Made by a program: the position numbers and the translations under genes | Source: Bdellovibrionales bacterium | Lineage (GTDB): Bacteria; Bdellovibrionota; Bdellovibrionia; Bdellovibrionales; JAGQZY01 | Assembly (NCBI GenBank): GCA_964230645.1 | Contig: CAXRHT010000001.1 | Span: forward strand, 384,001 to 448,000 | Length of the DNA stretch: 64,000 nucleotides | Direction of reading: 5' to 3' | Shown: piece by piece, positions 20,363 through 30,113 of the stretch | How the letters are laid out: each line of letters opens with the position of its first letter | Position numbering within the stretch: position 1 is the stretch's first letter | Notes under the pieces: generated by a model | Databases searched by the model: none | Told to the model about the DNA's origin: nothing | The model's input: the letters and a program-made list of their open reading frames with translations, nothing else

Positions 20363-21885
20363 TATTGCACCTCCAAATAAGGATAAAGTCCATGACGTCC
20401 ACCTTCACGACCCCAACCACTTTCGAAATAGCCTCCGAAGGGAGAGGCGGGATCAAATTTGTTGTATGTATTGGCCCAGATCACGCCCGCTTTTAAACCA
20501 AGGGCTGTCTTCTGAATCTTTGAAGCTTTTTCTGACCACACTCCCGCGGCCAATCCATAAGGAGTGTCATTGGCTTTAGCAATGGCTTCTTCAGGATTTC
20601 TAAAAGTGGAAATAGCAAGTACGGGCCCAAAGACTTCCTTTCTAAAAATTGTGGCACTAGAGGCTACGTCTTCAAAAAAACAAGGCTCATGGAAAAAGCC
20701 CTGACTAGGAAGCCCTGTGGCGGAGTTGGAATAGAAATCCCAGCCCTCTTCTTTGGCATCTGAAACAAAAGATTTAATTTTCTCAAGCTCACGATGCGAG
20801 TTGATCGCACCAATATCCGTATTCTTGTCCAGAGGATTACCCACGCGCAGACTTTTCATGCGATCTTTTAACTTCTCGGTAAAGATCTTAGATACAGACT
20901 CCTCGACAAGAAGTCTCGATCCGGCACAACAAACATGACCTTGATTGAAGTAAATTCCATTGATCACACCTTCTACCGCTTGATCAATCGCGGCGTCCTC
21001 ATAAACGATATGGGCCGATTTTCCGCCAAGCTCAAGAGTGAGGCTTTTATTTGTTTTTGCTGTGGCTTTAGCAATCATTTTACCCACAGCCGTCGATCCG
21101 GTGAAGGCGATTTTATTAACGTCTTTATGGTTCACAAGAGAGCTTCCCGTTGCCCCGGCTCCGGTAATTATATTCACTACACCATCGGGAAGGCCAGCTT
21201 CTTGCATCACTTCTGCTAACAACAAGGCTGTCAGAGGAGTTGTCTCAGCAGGCTTTAAAACCACCGTATTCCCGGTTGCCAATGCTGGAGCAATTTTCCA
21301 TGCGGCCATAAGAAGAGGAAAGTTCCAGGGGATGATTTGCCCTGCTACTCCGAGAGATTGAACCTTTTTTCCAGGAAAAGCATAATCCAACTTATCAGCC
21401 CAACCCGCATTGTAAAAAAAGTGGGCGGCGACAAGAGGGATGTCGGAATCCCGTGACTCTCTGATGGGCTTGCCGTTATCGAGTGTCTCTAGAACCGCGA
21501 ACTCGCGGGAGCGCTCCCGTAAAATACGAGCTATTCTAAAAATATAACGCCCTCTTTCTTTACCGGACATCTTAGACCAAACCTCATTGTAGGCTTCTCT
21601 TGCAGCAGTCACAGCAAGGTCTACGTCTTTCTCATCGGCATCGGCCACCTCGGAGAGAACATCGCCTGTAGCCGGATTGATGGTAGGAAAATATTTTCCA
21701 CTCTTGGGTTTTACAAACTTTCCACCAATAAAAAGCTCGTTTCTTTCTTTAATATTGACCACGTCTGTGGATTCTATACTTTCAGAGTATTCAAACTGAA
21801 ATCCCATTTTTCTCTCTTTGGATTTTGGTTTGGAATTCTTCTTTTTGTTTTTTTTATTTTTCTTTTTATCTTGTTTTGAAAGCAT
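20362..21885 (-). CDS. Aldehyde dehydrogenase (probably acetaldehyde-oxidising, deoC-linked)
   Basis: IPWNFP, LKPAE, FTGST, LELGGKS, FNQGHVCCAGSR (catalytic Cys), EVFGP, PFGG; alternative start at 21807. Confidence 0.93.
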   Translation of the reverse strand: MLSKQDKKKNKKNKKKNSKPKSKERKMGFQFEYSESIESTDVVNIKERNELFIGGKFVKPKSGKYFPTINPATGDVLSEVADADEKDVDLAVTAAREAYNEVWSKMSGKERGRYIFRIARILRERSREFAVLETLDNGKPIRESRDSDIPLVAAHFFYNAGWADKLDYAFPGKKVQSLGVAGQIIPWNFPLLMAAWKIAPALATGNTVVLKPAETTPLTALLLAEVMQEAGLPDGVVNIITGAGATGSSLVNHKDVNKIAFTGSTAVGKMIAKATAKTNKSLTLELGGKSAHIVYEDAAIDQAVEGVINGIYFNQGHVCCAGSRLLVEESVSKIFTEKLKDRMKSLRVGNPLDKNTDIGAINSHRELEKIKSFVSDAKEEGWDFYSNSATGLPSQGFFHEPCFFEDVASSATIFRKEVFGPVLAISTFRNPEEAIAKANDTPYGLAAGVWSEKASKIQKTALGLKAGVIWANTYNKFDPASPFGGYFESGWGREGGRHGLYPYLEVQ

Positions 21886-21897
21886 TTCGACCTTTCC

Positions 21898-22860
21898 TTA
21901 ATCCAATGAGAAAATCTTGTCGTAGTAATAGCGACCAGTCACTTGTTTGTAGATTTGCTTGAGAACATCGTTCAATAGACTACTGGCTCCGAAGCGAAAC
22001 AAATCAGGAGTTAACCATTCAGAGCCCAACACTTCATTGACCATACAGAGGTAGTGAATGGCTTGTTTGGATGTACGGATACCACCAGCGGGCTTCATCC
22101 CCACTTTCACACCGGTTTCGCGGTGATAATCCTTTATTGCATTTAACATCACAAGTGTGACGGGCATTGTGGCTGCCGGACTGACTTTACCTGTTGAGGT
22201 TTTAATAAAGTCCGCCCCTGCAAGCATGGCTAAGTGAGAGGCCATTTGCACACGGTCATAGGTGACGAGTTCGCCTGTTTCCAGAATGACTTTTAAATGA
22301 GCCTCATCGCAGGCTTCTTTAATTTGTAAAATTTCATCAAAGACTGTTTGATAATCACCGCTTAAAAAAGCGCCTCGGTTGATCACCATATCGATTTCAG
22401 TGGCTCCCATGCTCACGGCCGCTTTGACATCAGCCAACCGAATTTCCAAGGGAAGTTGACCTGCTGGAAAACCTGTCGCCACAGAGGCAATATTAATTTC
22501 CGTTCCATTTAATGCCTTAACGGCATGAGGGACCATGGATGGATAAACACAGACCGCGGCCACCTGGGGCATTTTTCGAGCTTTAGGGTGTTGAGAAAAC
22601 TCTTGATCAAGTCCCGCGGGGACGGGAAACTTGGCCTTACTGCATAGTTGCTTCACCCGGCCCGGGGTGTCCGCCCCCTCGAGCGTGGTCAAATCGATCA
22701 TCGCAATAATTTCGTAAAGAGCTTCGAGTTTGCTCTCTTTTTTAATACTTCTTTTTGTAAAAGACTGGGCTCTTTCTTCAGCACCCACCTGATCCACAGG
22801 CCAAAAGGGAATGGGTATTTTCCGTCCCCCATGACCTTTGACATATTTTTCACCAAACAT
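21898..22860 (-). CDS. deoC: Deoxyribose-phosphate aldolase
   Basis: IDLTTL, AAVCVYP, VATGFPAG, GATEIDMV, LKVILETGEL, DFIKTSTGK, KPAGGIR, FRFGASSLL. Confidence 0.95.
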   Translation of the reverse strand: MFGEKYVKGHGGRKIPIPFWPVDQVGAEERAQSFTKRSIKKESKLEALYEIIAMIDLTTLEGADTPGRVKQLCSKAKFPVPAGLDQEFSQHPKARKMPQVAAVCVYPSMVPHAVKALNGTEINIASVATGFPAGQLPLEIRLADVKAAVSMGATEIDMVINRGAFLSGDYQTVFDEILQIKEACDEAHLKVILETGELVTYDRVQMASHLAMLAGADFIKTSTGKVSPAATMPVTLVMLNAIKDYHRETGVKVGMKPAGGIRTSKQAIHYLCMVNEVLGSEWLTPDLFRFGASSLLNDVLKQIYKQVTGRYYYDKIFSLD

Positions 22861-23048
22861 GGCTTCCTCCCCAAATGGATTTGGTCAAAGTCCTCCATTT
22901 CCTAGCACAGCCCACGGGTGGTTGAAAGGAAATTTCCATGAGTCAGTAATGCCAAACTTGAGGACCCTGGACCAATAACCCCCTAAAATCCTTAAAAAAT
23001 AGAGGACAAGCGTGGACATTGACTAAGCCAAGGTGCTAGCCTTTTTTT

Positions 23049-24386
23049 ATGAAACAAAGCCAAGATCCGGTGAAAATGGGCTTTTTCCAGGCCCTCTTTA
23101 ATAAAAGAATGCTCATTTGTCTTTTTAACGGCGTTTCAGCAGGCCTTCCTCTTTACTACCTTATTCAGCTAGTACCTGCATGGCTTCGTACCGAAGAGGT
23201 GGACTTAAAAACCATCGGCCTTTTTTCACTCGTGGGCATCCCCTATACCTGGAAATTCTTATGGTCTCCCCTTCTCGACTATCTCGAGCTTCCTTTTCTA
23301 GGGCTGCGGCGAGGTTGGATGCTTGTAACACAATTGGCTTGCATGCTCAGCATGTTCTCCCTGGCGTTTTTGAATCCGCAGATGGATATGAAGCTCATCG
23401 TAATTGCCGCCACGGCCATGGCCTTCTTTTCCGCCAGTCAGGACATTGTTCTTGATGCCTACCGCAGAGAGCTTTTACCCGACCGCGAATTAGGACTGGG
23501 TAATTCTATGTATATGAATGGATACAGAGCCGCTGGATTCATCCCCGGAGGCCTTGGTCTTATTCTTTCAGACTACATCTCATGGACGGCCGTGCACTTC
23601 ATTATTGGTTCTTTTATGCTCATTGGCATTATTAAAACACTCTCGATTAGTGAGATGAGTTTAAAAACGAGAAAAATTCGTACACTCAGTGAGTCAGTTG
23701 TCGATCCCCTAGTGGAGTTTTTTAGTCGCAAAGGGGTGGCCCCGGCACTGCTTTTTTTAAGCTTTTTGTTTTTTTACAAACTGGGCGACAATATGGCCAC
23801 CGCCCTTTCCACACCCTTTTATATCGATGTTGGTTTTTCCAACCAGGTGATCGGGTCCACTATTAAACTCGTAAGTTTTTGGGCGATGATGGCCGGGGCC
23901 TTCATCGGTGGAGCCACCATTTATAAAATTGGGATCAACCGAAGCCTATGGATCTTCGGTGTGGTGCAATTGGTATCAATCTTTGGTTTTGCCGTTTTGA
24001 ATGAAGCCGGACCCGTCATTTGGATTCTTTCTTTAGTCATTGCTTTTGAATACTTAGGAGTAGGACTGGGTGCCTCTGCTCTTACAGCCTATATGGCCCG
24101 CGCCACGAATATGAATTTTACCGCCACCCAATTTGCTCTTTTCTCAAGCCTTATCGCTGTTCCAAGAACCTTTGCGAATGCAACCACCGGATTTTTGATT
24201 GAAGGGATAAAACCTAAGGATGGTTGGTTTTATTCTACGTTCGGTGCCATGCCTGGAATGGGATACACTGATTTCTTTATTTTCTGTGGATTGTGTGCGC
24301 TGCCTGGAATGATTCTTCTCTATTGGGTCGCCCCTTGGAACGGCTCTGTTGAAGAAGTCTATGGTGGGCAGGAAAAATCGGAATAG
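23049..24386 (+). CDS. ampG: AmpG family muropeptide MFS transporter
   Basis: AGLP, PYTWKFLWSPLLD, GLRRGWMLVTQ, SASQDIVLDAYRRE, YKLGD, TATQFALFSSL. Confidence 0.92.
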   Translation: MKQSQDPVKMGFFQALFNKRMLICLFNGVSAGLPLYYLIQLVPAWLRTEEVDLKTIGLFSLVGIPYTWKFLWSPLLDYLELPFLGLRRGWMLVTQLACMLSMFSLAFLNPQMDMKLIVIAATAMAFFSASQDIVLDAYRRELLPDRELGLGNSMYMNGYRAAGFIPGGLGLILSDYISWTAVHFIIGSFMLIGIIKTLSISEMSLKTRKIRTLSESVVDPLVEFFSRKGVAPALLFLSFLFFYKLGDNMATALSTPFYIDVGFSNQVIGSTIKLVSFWAMMAGAFIGGATIYKIGINRSLWIFGVVQLVSIFGFAVLNEAGPVIWILSLVIAFEYLGVGLGASALTAYMARATNMNFTATQFALFSSLIAVPRTFANATTGFLIEGIKPKDGWFYSTFGAMPGMGYTDFFIFCGLCALPGMILLYWVAPWNGSVEEVYGGQEKSE

Positions 24387-24393
24387 AAATTCT

Positions 24394-25212
24394 CTACTTC
24401 CTCTTGCCTGCGCCCACAATTTTATTTTTAGCCTCTAATATTAGAACTAAAACTAAGCCAACTAAAAAACCAATAATCAAATTTTGAAGAACACTCAGAG
24501 TAAAGTGAGGAAGGTGAAAACTGTGATTTATGATGCCACCGCCCACTAAAAGCATCGCCCCCGTTCCAACAACCCCTAATGTTTTCATAATATAAGGCAT
24601 GGCTCGCACAAGGCTTAATCCAATTTTCTTGTAGCTCTTCTTAATAAGGTGAAGTCCAAAGTCATCGATTTTAACAATCAAAGCCACCAGTCCATAAATA
24701 ATGATCGATGCAGCGACACCGACGACCACCAGAGAGAGGGCCTGCACCCAAGGGCCACCTGTAAGAGCCGTTTTTGCCAGAACTATAATTTCAATAGAGA
24801 GAATGAGGTCGGTACGGACCGCACCTTTAATTTTCTGAGCCTCTGGAATTTGTTTTCTTTTTTCGCTCCCCGAGTGTTTTGAATGAAAAAGCTTTTCTAT
24901 AATTTTATGAACACCTTCAAAAGACAAATACAGCCCCCCAAGGAGCAGTATCCATTGAATCAAGGGCGGGTAAAGAAAATTAAGAACCAATACCCCCACT
25001 ATGCAGTAGACCTTATTGAGAAGTGAGCCCCAGAAAATCGCCTTTACAATTGGCAATTCGCGATCCGGATTGACTCCTGTTACAACACCAGCATTCACCG
25101 CCAAATCATCAGACATCAAGGCACTTGTTTTTTTTAAGGCCACTTGGGTCATTACAGAAACATCATCTAAAGTCGTTGCGATATCATCGAGTAGAGTTAA
25201 TAAAGAAACCAT
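24394..25212 (-). CDS. DUF808 family membrane protein (YedI-like)
   Basis: LLDDIA..LDDV, DDLAVNA, RELP...GSLLNK, FEG.HK, GAVRTDLILSIEI, KIDDFG, GTGAMLLVGGGI. Confidence 0.88.
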   Translation of the reverse strand: MVSLLTLLDDIATTLDDVSVMTQVALKKTSALMSDDLAVNAGVVTGVNPDRELPIVKAIFWGSLLNKVYCIVGVLVLNFLYPPLIQWILLLGGLYLSFEGVHKIIEKLFHSKHSGSEKRKQIPEAQKIKGAVRTDLILSIEIIVLAKTALTGGPWVQALSLVVVGVAASIIIYGLVALIVKIDDFGLHLIKKSYKKIGLSLVRAMPYIMKTLGVVGTGAMLLVGGGIINHSFHLPHFTLSVLQNLIIGFLVGLVLVLILEAKNKIVGAGKRK

Positions 25213-25420
25213 AGCTCATACTACTGAATGTTTTCAAAGGAACCAAGCAAGTTTTTAAAGCCTAAAAGTGGATAGAGTTTTTACACATAAGCCTGACTCA
25301 GAAAATGACAGTGTTTCATTTTGACAGTCTCTACTCAAACAGGTTTTAAATGACTTAACTTATGGAGGAGGCCAAAAAAATTTGCTAAACTATAGACAGT
25401 TTTTGTTCGGGGGGAATTTT

Positions 25421-25615
25421 ATGAAACTTTTGGAACCACTTTACTATGAGTCACTACCATATGTTTATGGAGCACTTGCTATCTTTGCCTTCTCACAGGC
25501 TGATGAATCTAAAATTGCTGGTGTTGCAGCCCTACTTCTTAGTTTTTGTAGCTGCTACATCCTAAAAAAGCGCTTCGAATACCGCTCTTGTAAAGGACGC
25601 GCTCGAAAATTTTAA
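25421..25615 (+). CDS. Small hypothetical membrane protein (64 aa)
   Basis: GGGGG RBS before ATG at 25421; two hydrophobic segments and a basic C-terminus. Confidence 0.65.
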   Translation: MKLLEPLYYESLPYVYGALAIFAFSQADESKIAGVAALLLSFCSCYILKKRFEYRSCKGRARKF

Positions 25616-25623
25616 TTTCATAT

Positions 25624-25858
25624 TGCCATCCTGACCGAAGGGGTTGTCATCCTGACCAGAGGGAAGGATCTTTTTCCCTATCGTCGTGCCGAGCGTCGCG
25701 CCACAAAGTCGTCCTGAGCGTAGCGCCACACTGTCGTCCTGAGCGTAGCGAAGGACCTTTGCCGAGGACTGTGATTGATAGCGCGGACTCAGTGGAGATA
25801 GATTCTTCGCTACGCTCAGAATGACATATGCTAAGAGTGACATACGCTCAGTATGACA
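25624..25858. repeat. REP-like palindromic element (copy 2) with multiple partial terminal duplications
   Basis: Arms TGTCGTCCTGAGCGTAGCGAAGGACCT (25732-25758) and AGATTCTTCGCTACGCTCAGAATGACA (25800-25826); partial left arms at 25624, 25645, 25683, 25708; two 16-bp right-end echoes to 25858. Confidence 0.88.
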
Positions 25859-25860
25859 GA

Positions 25861-27678
25861 CTATTTGAGCTCCTCAATTTGCTCTTCAAAAGAACCTGCC
25901 AGTTGATCATGCCTAGCCATAATCTCATCAAGCCTTTCATAAGATATAGCAATTCGAATCTGAATCTGACCAATTTCTTTAAAAAGCTCTCCACTATCGC
26001 TTGAGTCAAGAGTCATGGCGGCTACCTTTTCGTTAGCACTCTCGAGGCTTGCTTCATCATCCATGATACTTTTTTCTAGCTGATCCATCTCTTTTTTTAG
26101 AGGCTTTAAAAGCTTCGCTCTTTCTTGCACAAGCTCTGCGCGTTTTCTTTTTGCCTCTTTACGATCTCCAGAGGACTTCTTTTCTTTTTGCACGGGAGCT
26201 TCACCCCAGCCCTCTTTTGCTAAAAACTCTTGATAATTCCCTAAGAAGAGCTTAGCCCCACCATCCTTGAAAATGATTAGCTTATTAGCCAATTTATTTA
26301 AAAGATCCTCATCGTGACTGACAAAAAGGACTCCACCAGGGAAATCATCTATTTCCTCAGTCATCACTTGAATGGATTCCATATCAAGGTGGTTTGTGGG
26401 CTCATCTAAAAGAAGAACATTACAAGACTTCGCAATCACTTTCCCAAGAAGCACCCGCCCCTGCTCTCCTCCTGACAAAACCGATATCTTTTTATCTGCA
26501 CTGTCTCCAGGAAACATCATCGCGCCACAAATGGAGCGCACAGCACTAATGGGAAGTTTTGGATTTTCGCTGGCAATCTCCTCCGCCACTGTGGCAGTGG
26601 GAGTGAGCTTCTTTTTATTGGTCTGTTGGTAATAAGAAAGAGTGGTATCAGGATGATGTTTGATCTCACCTTCCCCTCTCAATTGACCCGCTAAAACATT
26701 GAGAAGAGTCGTTTTCCCATGACCATTTTTACCGATTATCCCAATACGATCCTCAGGCTTAACTCGAAACTTTAAATCGTTAAACAGAAGCTTATCCTTT
26801 TCAAATCCAAAACTTAAATCGTCCACTGTCATTAAGGTTTTCGCCGGCGTGTCCTTGTAATTAAAACGAAATCCAAGCTGAGCCTCTCCAGAAAGTTTGG
26901 CCATGGGAGAGAGCTTTTCAATTTGTTTGAGTTTTGATTGGGCTTGCTTAGCTTTAGTATTTTTAGCACGAAACCGGTCCACAAAAGCCTGCATTTCTTT
27001 AACTTTCTTTTCGGTATTAAGACGTGTCTTCTCATAGATTTCTTCGTCCATTTGAAGTTGCTCGTAATACTTGGCTGTGGTTCCCTCAATTTTTTTAAGC
27101 CCCTGACGGTGAATTCCCATTACGTGGGTGACAACCGAGTCCATAAAATGCCGATCGTGGGTGATAAGAATCACTTCTCCTGAAAAGTCCTTAAGGAAAC
27201 CTTTTAACCAGTGAAGGCTTAAAATATCGAGGTAGTTGGTCGGCTCATCAAGAAGGAGCAGGTCTGGCTCTTCGAGAAGGGACTTTACAAGGTTAATTCT
27301 CAGTTGAAACCCTCCAGAAAAATCATGAGGAGAGCGGCCCATGTCGGACTCCTCAAAACCAAGACCAAAAAGCAAGGCCTCGGCCTTATAGGTATCAAGC
27401 TTTTGGTCTTTTGGAAGAGCTAAGGCGCATTCCTCAAGAACTGTAGGTTCAGTGAACTTTATATGTTGATTGAGATAGCCAATTTTATAGGACTTACTAC
27501 AGTGGATCTCTCCCTCATCGGCCTCTTCCGTTCCCCTGATGATTTTAAAAAGAGTGGACTTCCCGGAGCCATTGCGCCCCACAAGTCCTACAATCTCTCC
27601 TGAGCCTACTGAAAAGGACACATCAGTGAACAAAACCCGATCTCCATAGGATTTTTGTAGCTGGGCCACCTGTAACAT
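25861..27678 (-). CDS. ABC-F family ATP-binding protein
   Basis: Two ABC domains (GRNGSGKST...FSGG...LLDEPTNYLD; GKNGHGKTT...LSGGE...LLDEPTNHLD), no TM segments, C-terminal coiled coil. Confidence 0.93.
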   Translation of the reverse strand: MLQVAQLQKSYGDRVLFTDVSFSVGSGEIVGLVGRNGSGKSTLFKIIRGTEEADEGEIHCSKSYKIGYLNQHIKFTEPTVLEECALALPKDQKLDTYKAEALLFGLGFEESDMGRSPHDFSGGFQLRINLVKSLLEEPDLLLLDEPTNYLDILSLHWLKGFLKDFSGEVILITHDRHFMDSVVTHVMGIHRQGLKKIEGTTAKYYEQLQMDEEIYEKTRLNTEKKVKEMQAFVDRFRAKNTKAKQAQSKLKQIEKLSPMAKLSGEAQLGFRFNYKDTPAKTLMTVDDLSFGFEKDKLLFNDLKFRVKPEDRIGIIGKNGHGKTTLLNVLAGQLRGEGEIKHHPDTTLSYYQQTNKKKLTPTATVAEEIASENPKLPISAVRSICGAMMFPGDSADKKISVLSGGEQGRVLLGKVIAKSCNVLLLDEPTNHLDMESIQVMTEEIDDFPGGVLFVSHDEDLLNKLANKLIIFKDGGAKLFLGNYQEFLAKEGWGEAPVQKEKKSSGDRKEAKRKRAELVQERAKLLKPLKKEMDQLEKSIMDDEASLESANEKVAAMTLDSSDSGELFKEIGQIQIRIAISYERLDEIMARHDQLAGSFEEQIEELK

Positions 27679-27681
27679 AGC

Positions 27682-28209
27682 TTATTCCTTCGACTCGAAC
27701 GTTCGGCGTTTTTTATTTTTTCTCACCCGAGGAACAGCAAAGACCCGATTGTGAAAGGAGACGTAAAATCCCGGCTCTAAAACCTGACAAACAGCCATCG
27801 CTTCGGTGAAATTTTGCGCAGCATCAGAGTCTTCAAACCCCATGGGCTTCATCGCCCCTGTAAAAACCACCGGCACCGGAGGGGCTTCACAATGCTCAAA
27901 ACAAAACTCAGCCGTTTGCTCCATCGTGTCTGTGCCATGAAGGACAACGATAGGCACTTTTTTGTCGAAGCTCTCCTTTATGGAGTTAGCGATTTTCTGG
28001 CGATCCTCTGTAATCATGTTCAGAGAGTCCTTAGCCATCAGTTCATGCAACTCCACCTCCGTGTGAGGAAGGCGCAGTCTGGATAAGAGCCTATTTCTCA
28101 AGCGAGAATGTCGGTTCTCAAGGGAGCCATCAAACTCGTTGTAGCTCTTCTCAATGGTTCCACCTGTGGTGAAAATAATTACTTTTTGCGTTTTCATGGG
28201 CTGCCTCAT
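27682..28209 (-). CDS. Asparaginase N-terminal-domain protein (short form)
   Basis: TTGGTI, KDS, HGTDTM, FTGAM.P, DA..N motifs; lacks the C-terminal domain. Confidence 0.85.
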   Translation of the reverse strand: MRQPMKTQKVIIFTTGGTIEKSYNEFDGSLENRHSRLRNRLLSRLRLPHTEVELHELMAKDSLNMITEDRQKIANSIKESFDKKVPIVVLHGTDTMEQTAEFCFEHCEAPPVPVVFTGAMKPMGFEDSDAAQNFTEAMAVCQVLEPGFYVSFHNRVFAVPRVRKNKKRRTFESKE

Positions 28210-28279
28210 TGGATAACATTAAAAATCCGGGGTGAAAATTGAATTTTTATGTTAGATACTGAGGTTTTGGAGGATCGTC

Positions 28280-29938
28280 ATGGCTGAGGAAAAAACGCAG
28301 GAGCCCGCAAAAAACTTTATTCGAAACATTATTGATCAGGATCTCAAAGAGGGCCTCAATAGTGGACGGGTCCACACGCGTTTTCCCCCTGAGCCTAATG
28401 GTTACCTACATATTGGCCACGCAAAATCCATTTGTCTTAATTTCGAGCTTAAAAACATCTACTCAGGCAAATGCAATCTCCGCTTTGACGACACCAATCC
28501 TGTCTCAGAAGATCCCGAATACATTGCTGCGATTAAAGACGACATCCAGTGGCTAGGCTTTGAATGGGACAACCTTTGCCACGCTTCCGAGTACTTTGAT
28601 CAGCTTTATGACTATGCCGTGCAATTGATAAAAAAAGGCAAAGCCTATGTGGACTCCCTTTCCGAAGAGGACGTCAGGGAGTACCGAGGAGACCACAACA
28701 CCCCTGGTAAAAATTCTCCTTATAGAGACCGAAGTGTCGATGAAAACCTAGAGCTCTTTAAAAAAATGAAAGACGGTGAGTTTAAAGACGGTGAGCACAT
28801 TCTTAGAGCTAAAATTGACATGACCTCAGGAAACATGAATCTCCGTGATCCTTTAATCTATCGCATTCGTCATGCAAAGCACCCTGTCACGGGTGACAAA
28901 TGGTGCATTTATCCTCTTTATGATTTCACCCATGGTATTTCGGACGCCATCGAAAAAATCACCCACTCCATTTGCACCTTGGAATTTGAGGATCATCGCC
29001 CTCTTTACGATTGGTTTTTAAAAGAACTTGATTTCAACGAACCTCCGAAACAAATTGAGTTTTCTAAATTATTTTTAAGTCATGTCATTGTTTCCAAAAG
29101 AAAACTAAAACAACTCGTAGAGGAAAAACATGTTTCTGGTTGGGACGATCCACGTATGGCTACTCTGCGAGGCCTCAGGCGTCGTGGTTACACACCAGAG
29201 TCCATTCGCGAGCTCTGCCGTCAGGTGGGAGTTTCAAAAGCCTACTCGGTGATCGATTATAGTCAATTTGAGGAATGCTTAAGAGCTGACCTTAATGACA
29301 AAGCCCAGAGACGAATGGTGGTCTTAAAACCTTTAAAACTCACCATCACCAATTATGATAAAAATGAAACTCTTGAAGCCCCCAATCATCCAAAAGACGA
29401 AAGTATGGGAACAAGGTCACTTCCCATGTCTAATGAGATCTGGATTGATCAGGATGACTTTATGGAAGAGCCACCTAAAAAATACTTTCGCCTCAAACCT
29501 GGAGGCGAAGTTCGCTTAAGAAACTCCTATGTGATTAAATGCGAAGAGGTCATTAAAAACGATAAAGGCGAAGTTGTAGAAATCAAGGCCACAGCCGACT
29601 TAGACACTCTTGGTAAAAATCCGGAGGGACGAAAAGTTAAGGGAATCATTCACTGGGTTTCTGCCAAAGAGGCGGTCCCTTTAAAAGTGAATATCTACGA
29701 TCGACTTTTTACTGACCCCAATCCTGCGGGTCATAAAGACAAAAACTTTCTCGACTTTTTAAACCCCAACTCTTTAGAGGTTTTAAATCCTTGCTTTGGT
29801 GAGCCCTCAATTAAGGACGCCGAAGTGGGCGAGTCGTTTCAGTTTGAACGTGTGGGATACTTTTGCCTGGATCAAGACTCAAAGGCGGAAGATTTGATCT
29901 TTAACCGCTCGGTCAGTTTGCGTGACAACTGGAAGTAA
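28280..29938 (+). CDS. glnS: Glutamine--tRNA ligase
   Basis: [61 protein letters not shown]. Confidence 0.97.
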   Translation: MAEEKTQEPAKNFIRNIIDQDLKEGLNSGRVHTRFPPEPNGYLHIGHAKSICLNFELKNIYSGKCNLRFDDTNPVSEDPEYIAAIKDDIQWLGFEWDNLCHASEYFDQLYDYAVQLIKKGKAYVDSLSEEDVREYRGDHNTPGKNSPYRDRSVDENLELFKKMKDGEFKDGEHILRAKIDMTSGNMNLRDPLIYRIRHAKHPVTGDKWCIYPLYDFTHGISDAIEKITHSICTLEFEDHRPLYDWFLKELDFNEPPKQIEFSKLFLSHVIVSKRKLKQLVEEKHVSGWDDPRMATLRGLRRRGYTPESIRELCRQVGVSKAYSVIDYSQFEECLRADLNDKAQRRMVVLKPLKLTITNYDKNETLEAPNHPKDESMGTRSLPMSNEIWIDQDDFMEEPPKKYFRLKPGGEVRLRNSYVIKCEEVIKNDKGEVVEIKATADLDTLGKNPEGRKVKGIIHWVSAKEAVPLKVNIYDRLFTDPNPAGHKDKNFLDFLNPNSLEVLNPCFGEPSIKDAEVGESFQFERVGYFCLDQDSKAEDLIFNRSVSLRDNWK

Positions 29939-30113
29939 ATGAAATTCCTTTTATTTACAGAATCTGTCTCCTGTCACAGTCTCAAATCCGCTAATTTTGA
30001 TCTGAGACTGACTCGACGTGGTTAAAGCCGTGATTTTCTTGGAAAATTCTTTCAAATAAGTTCTTCTAAAAATATATTAGTAGTCAATCTGATCACACAC
30101 GGAAGGGGGATCA

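Noticed and set aside
25562..25843. 93-aa minus-strand ORF
   Set aside because: It is a translation of the palindromic repeat (VILSVAKNL...LRYAQDD) and overlaps the small plus-strand gene
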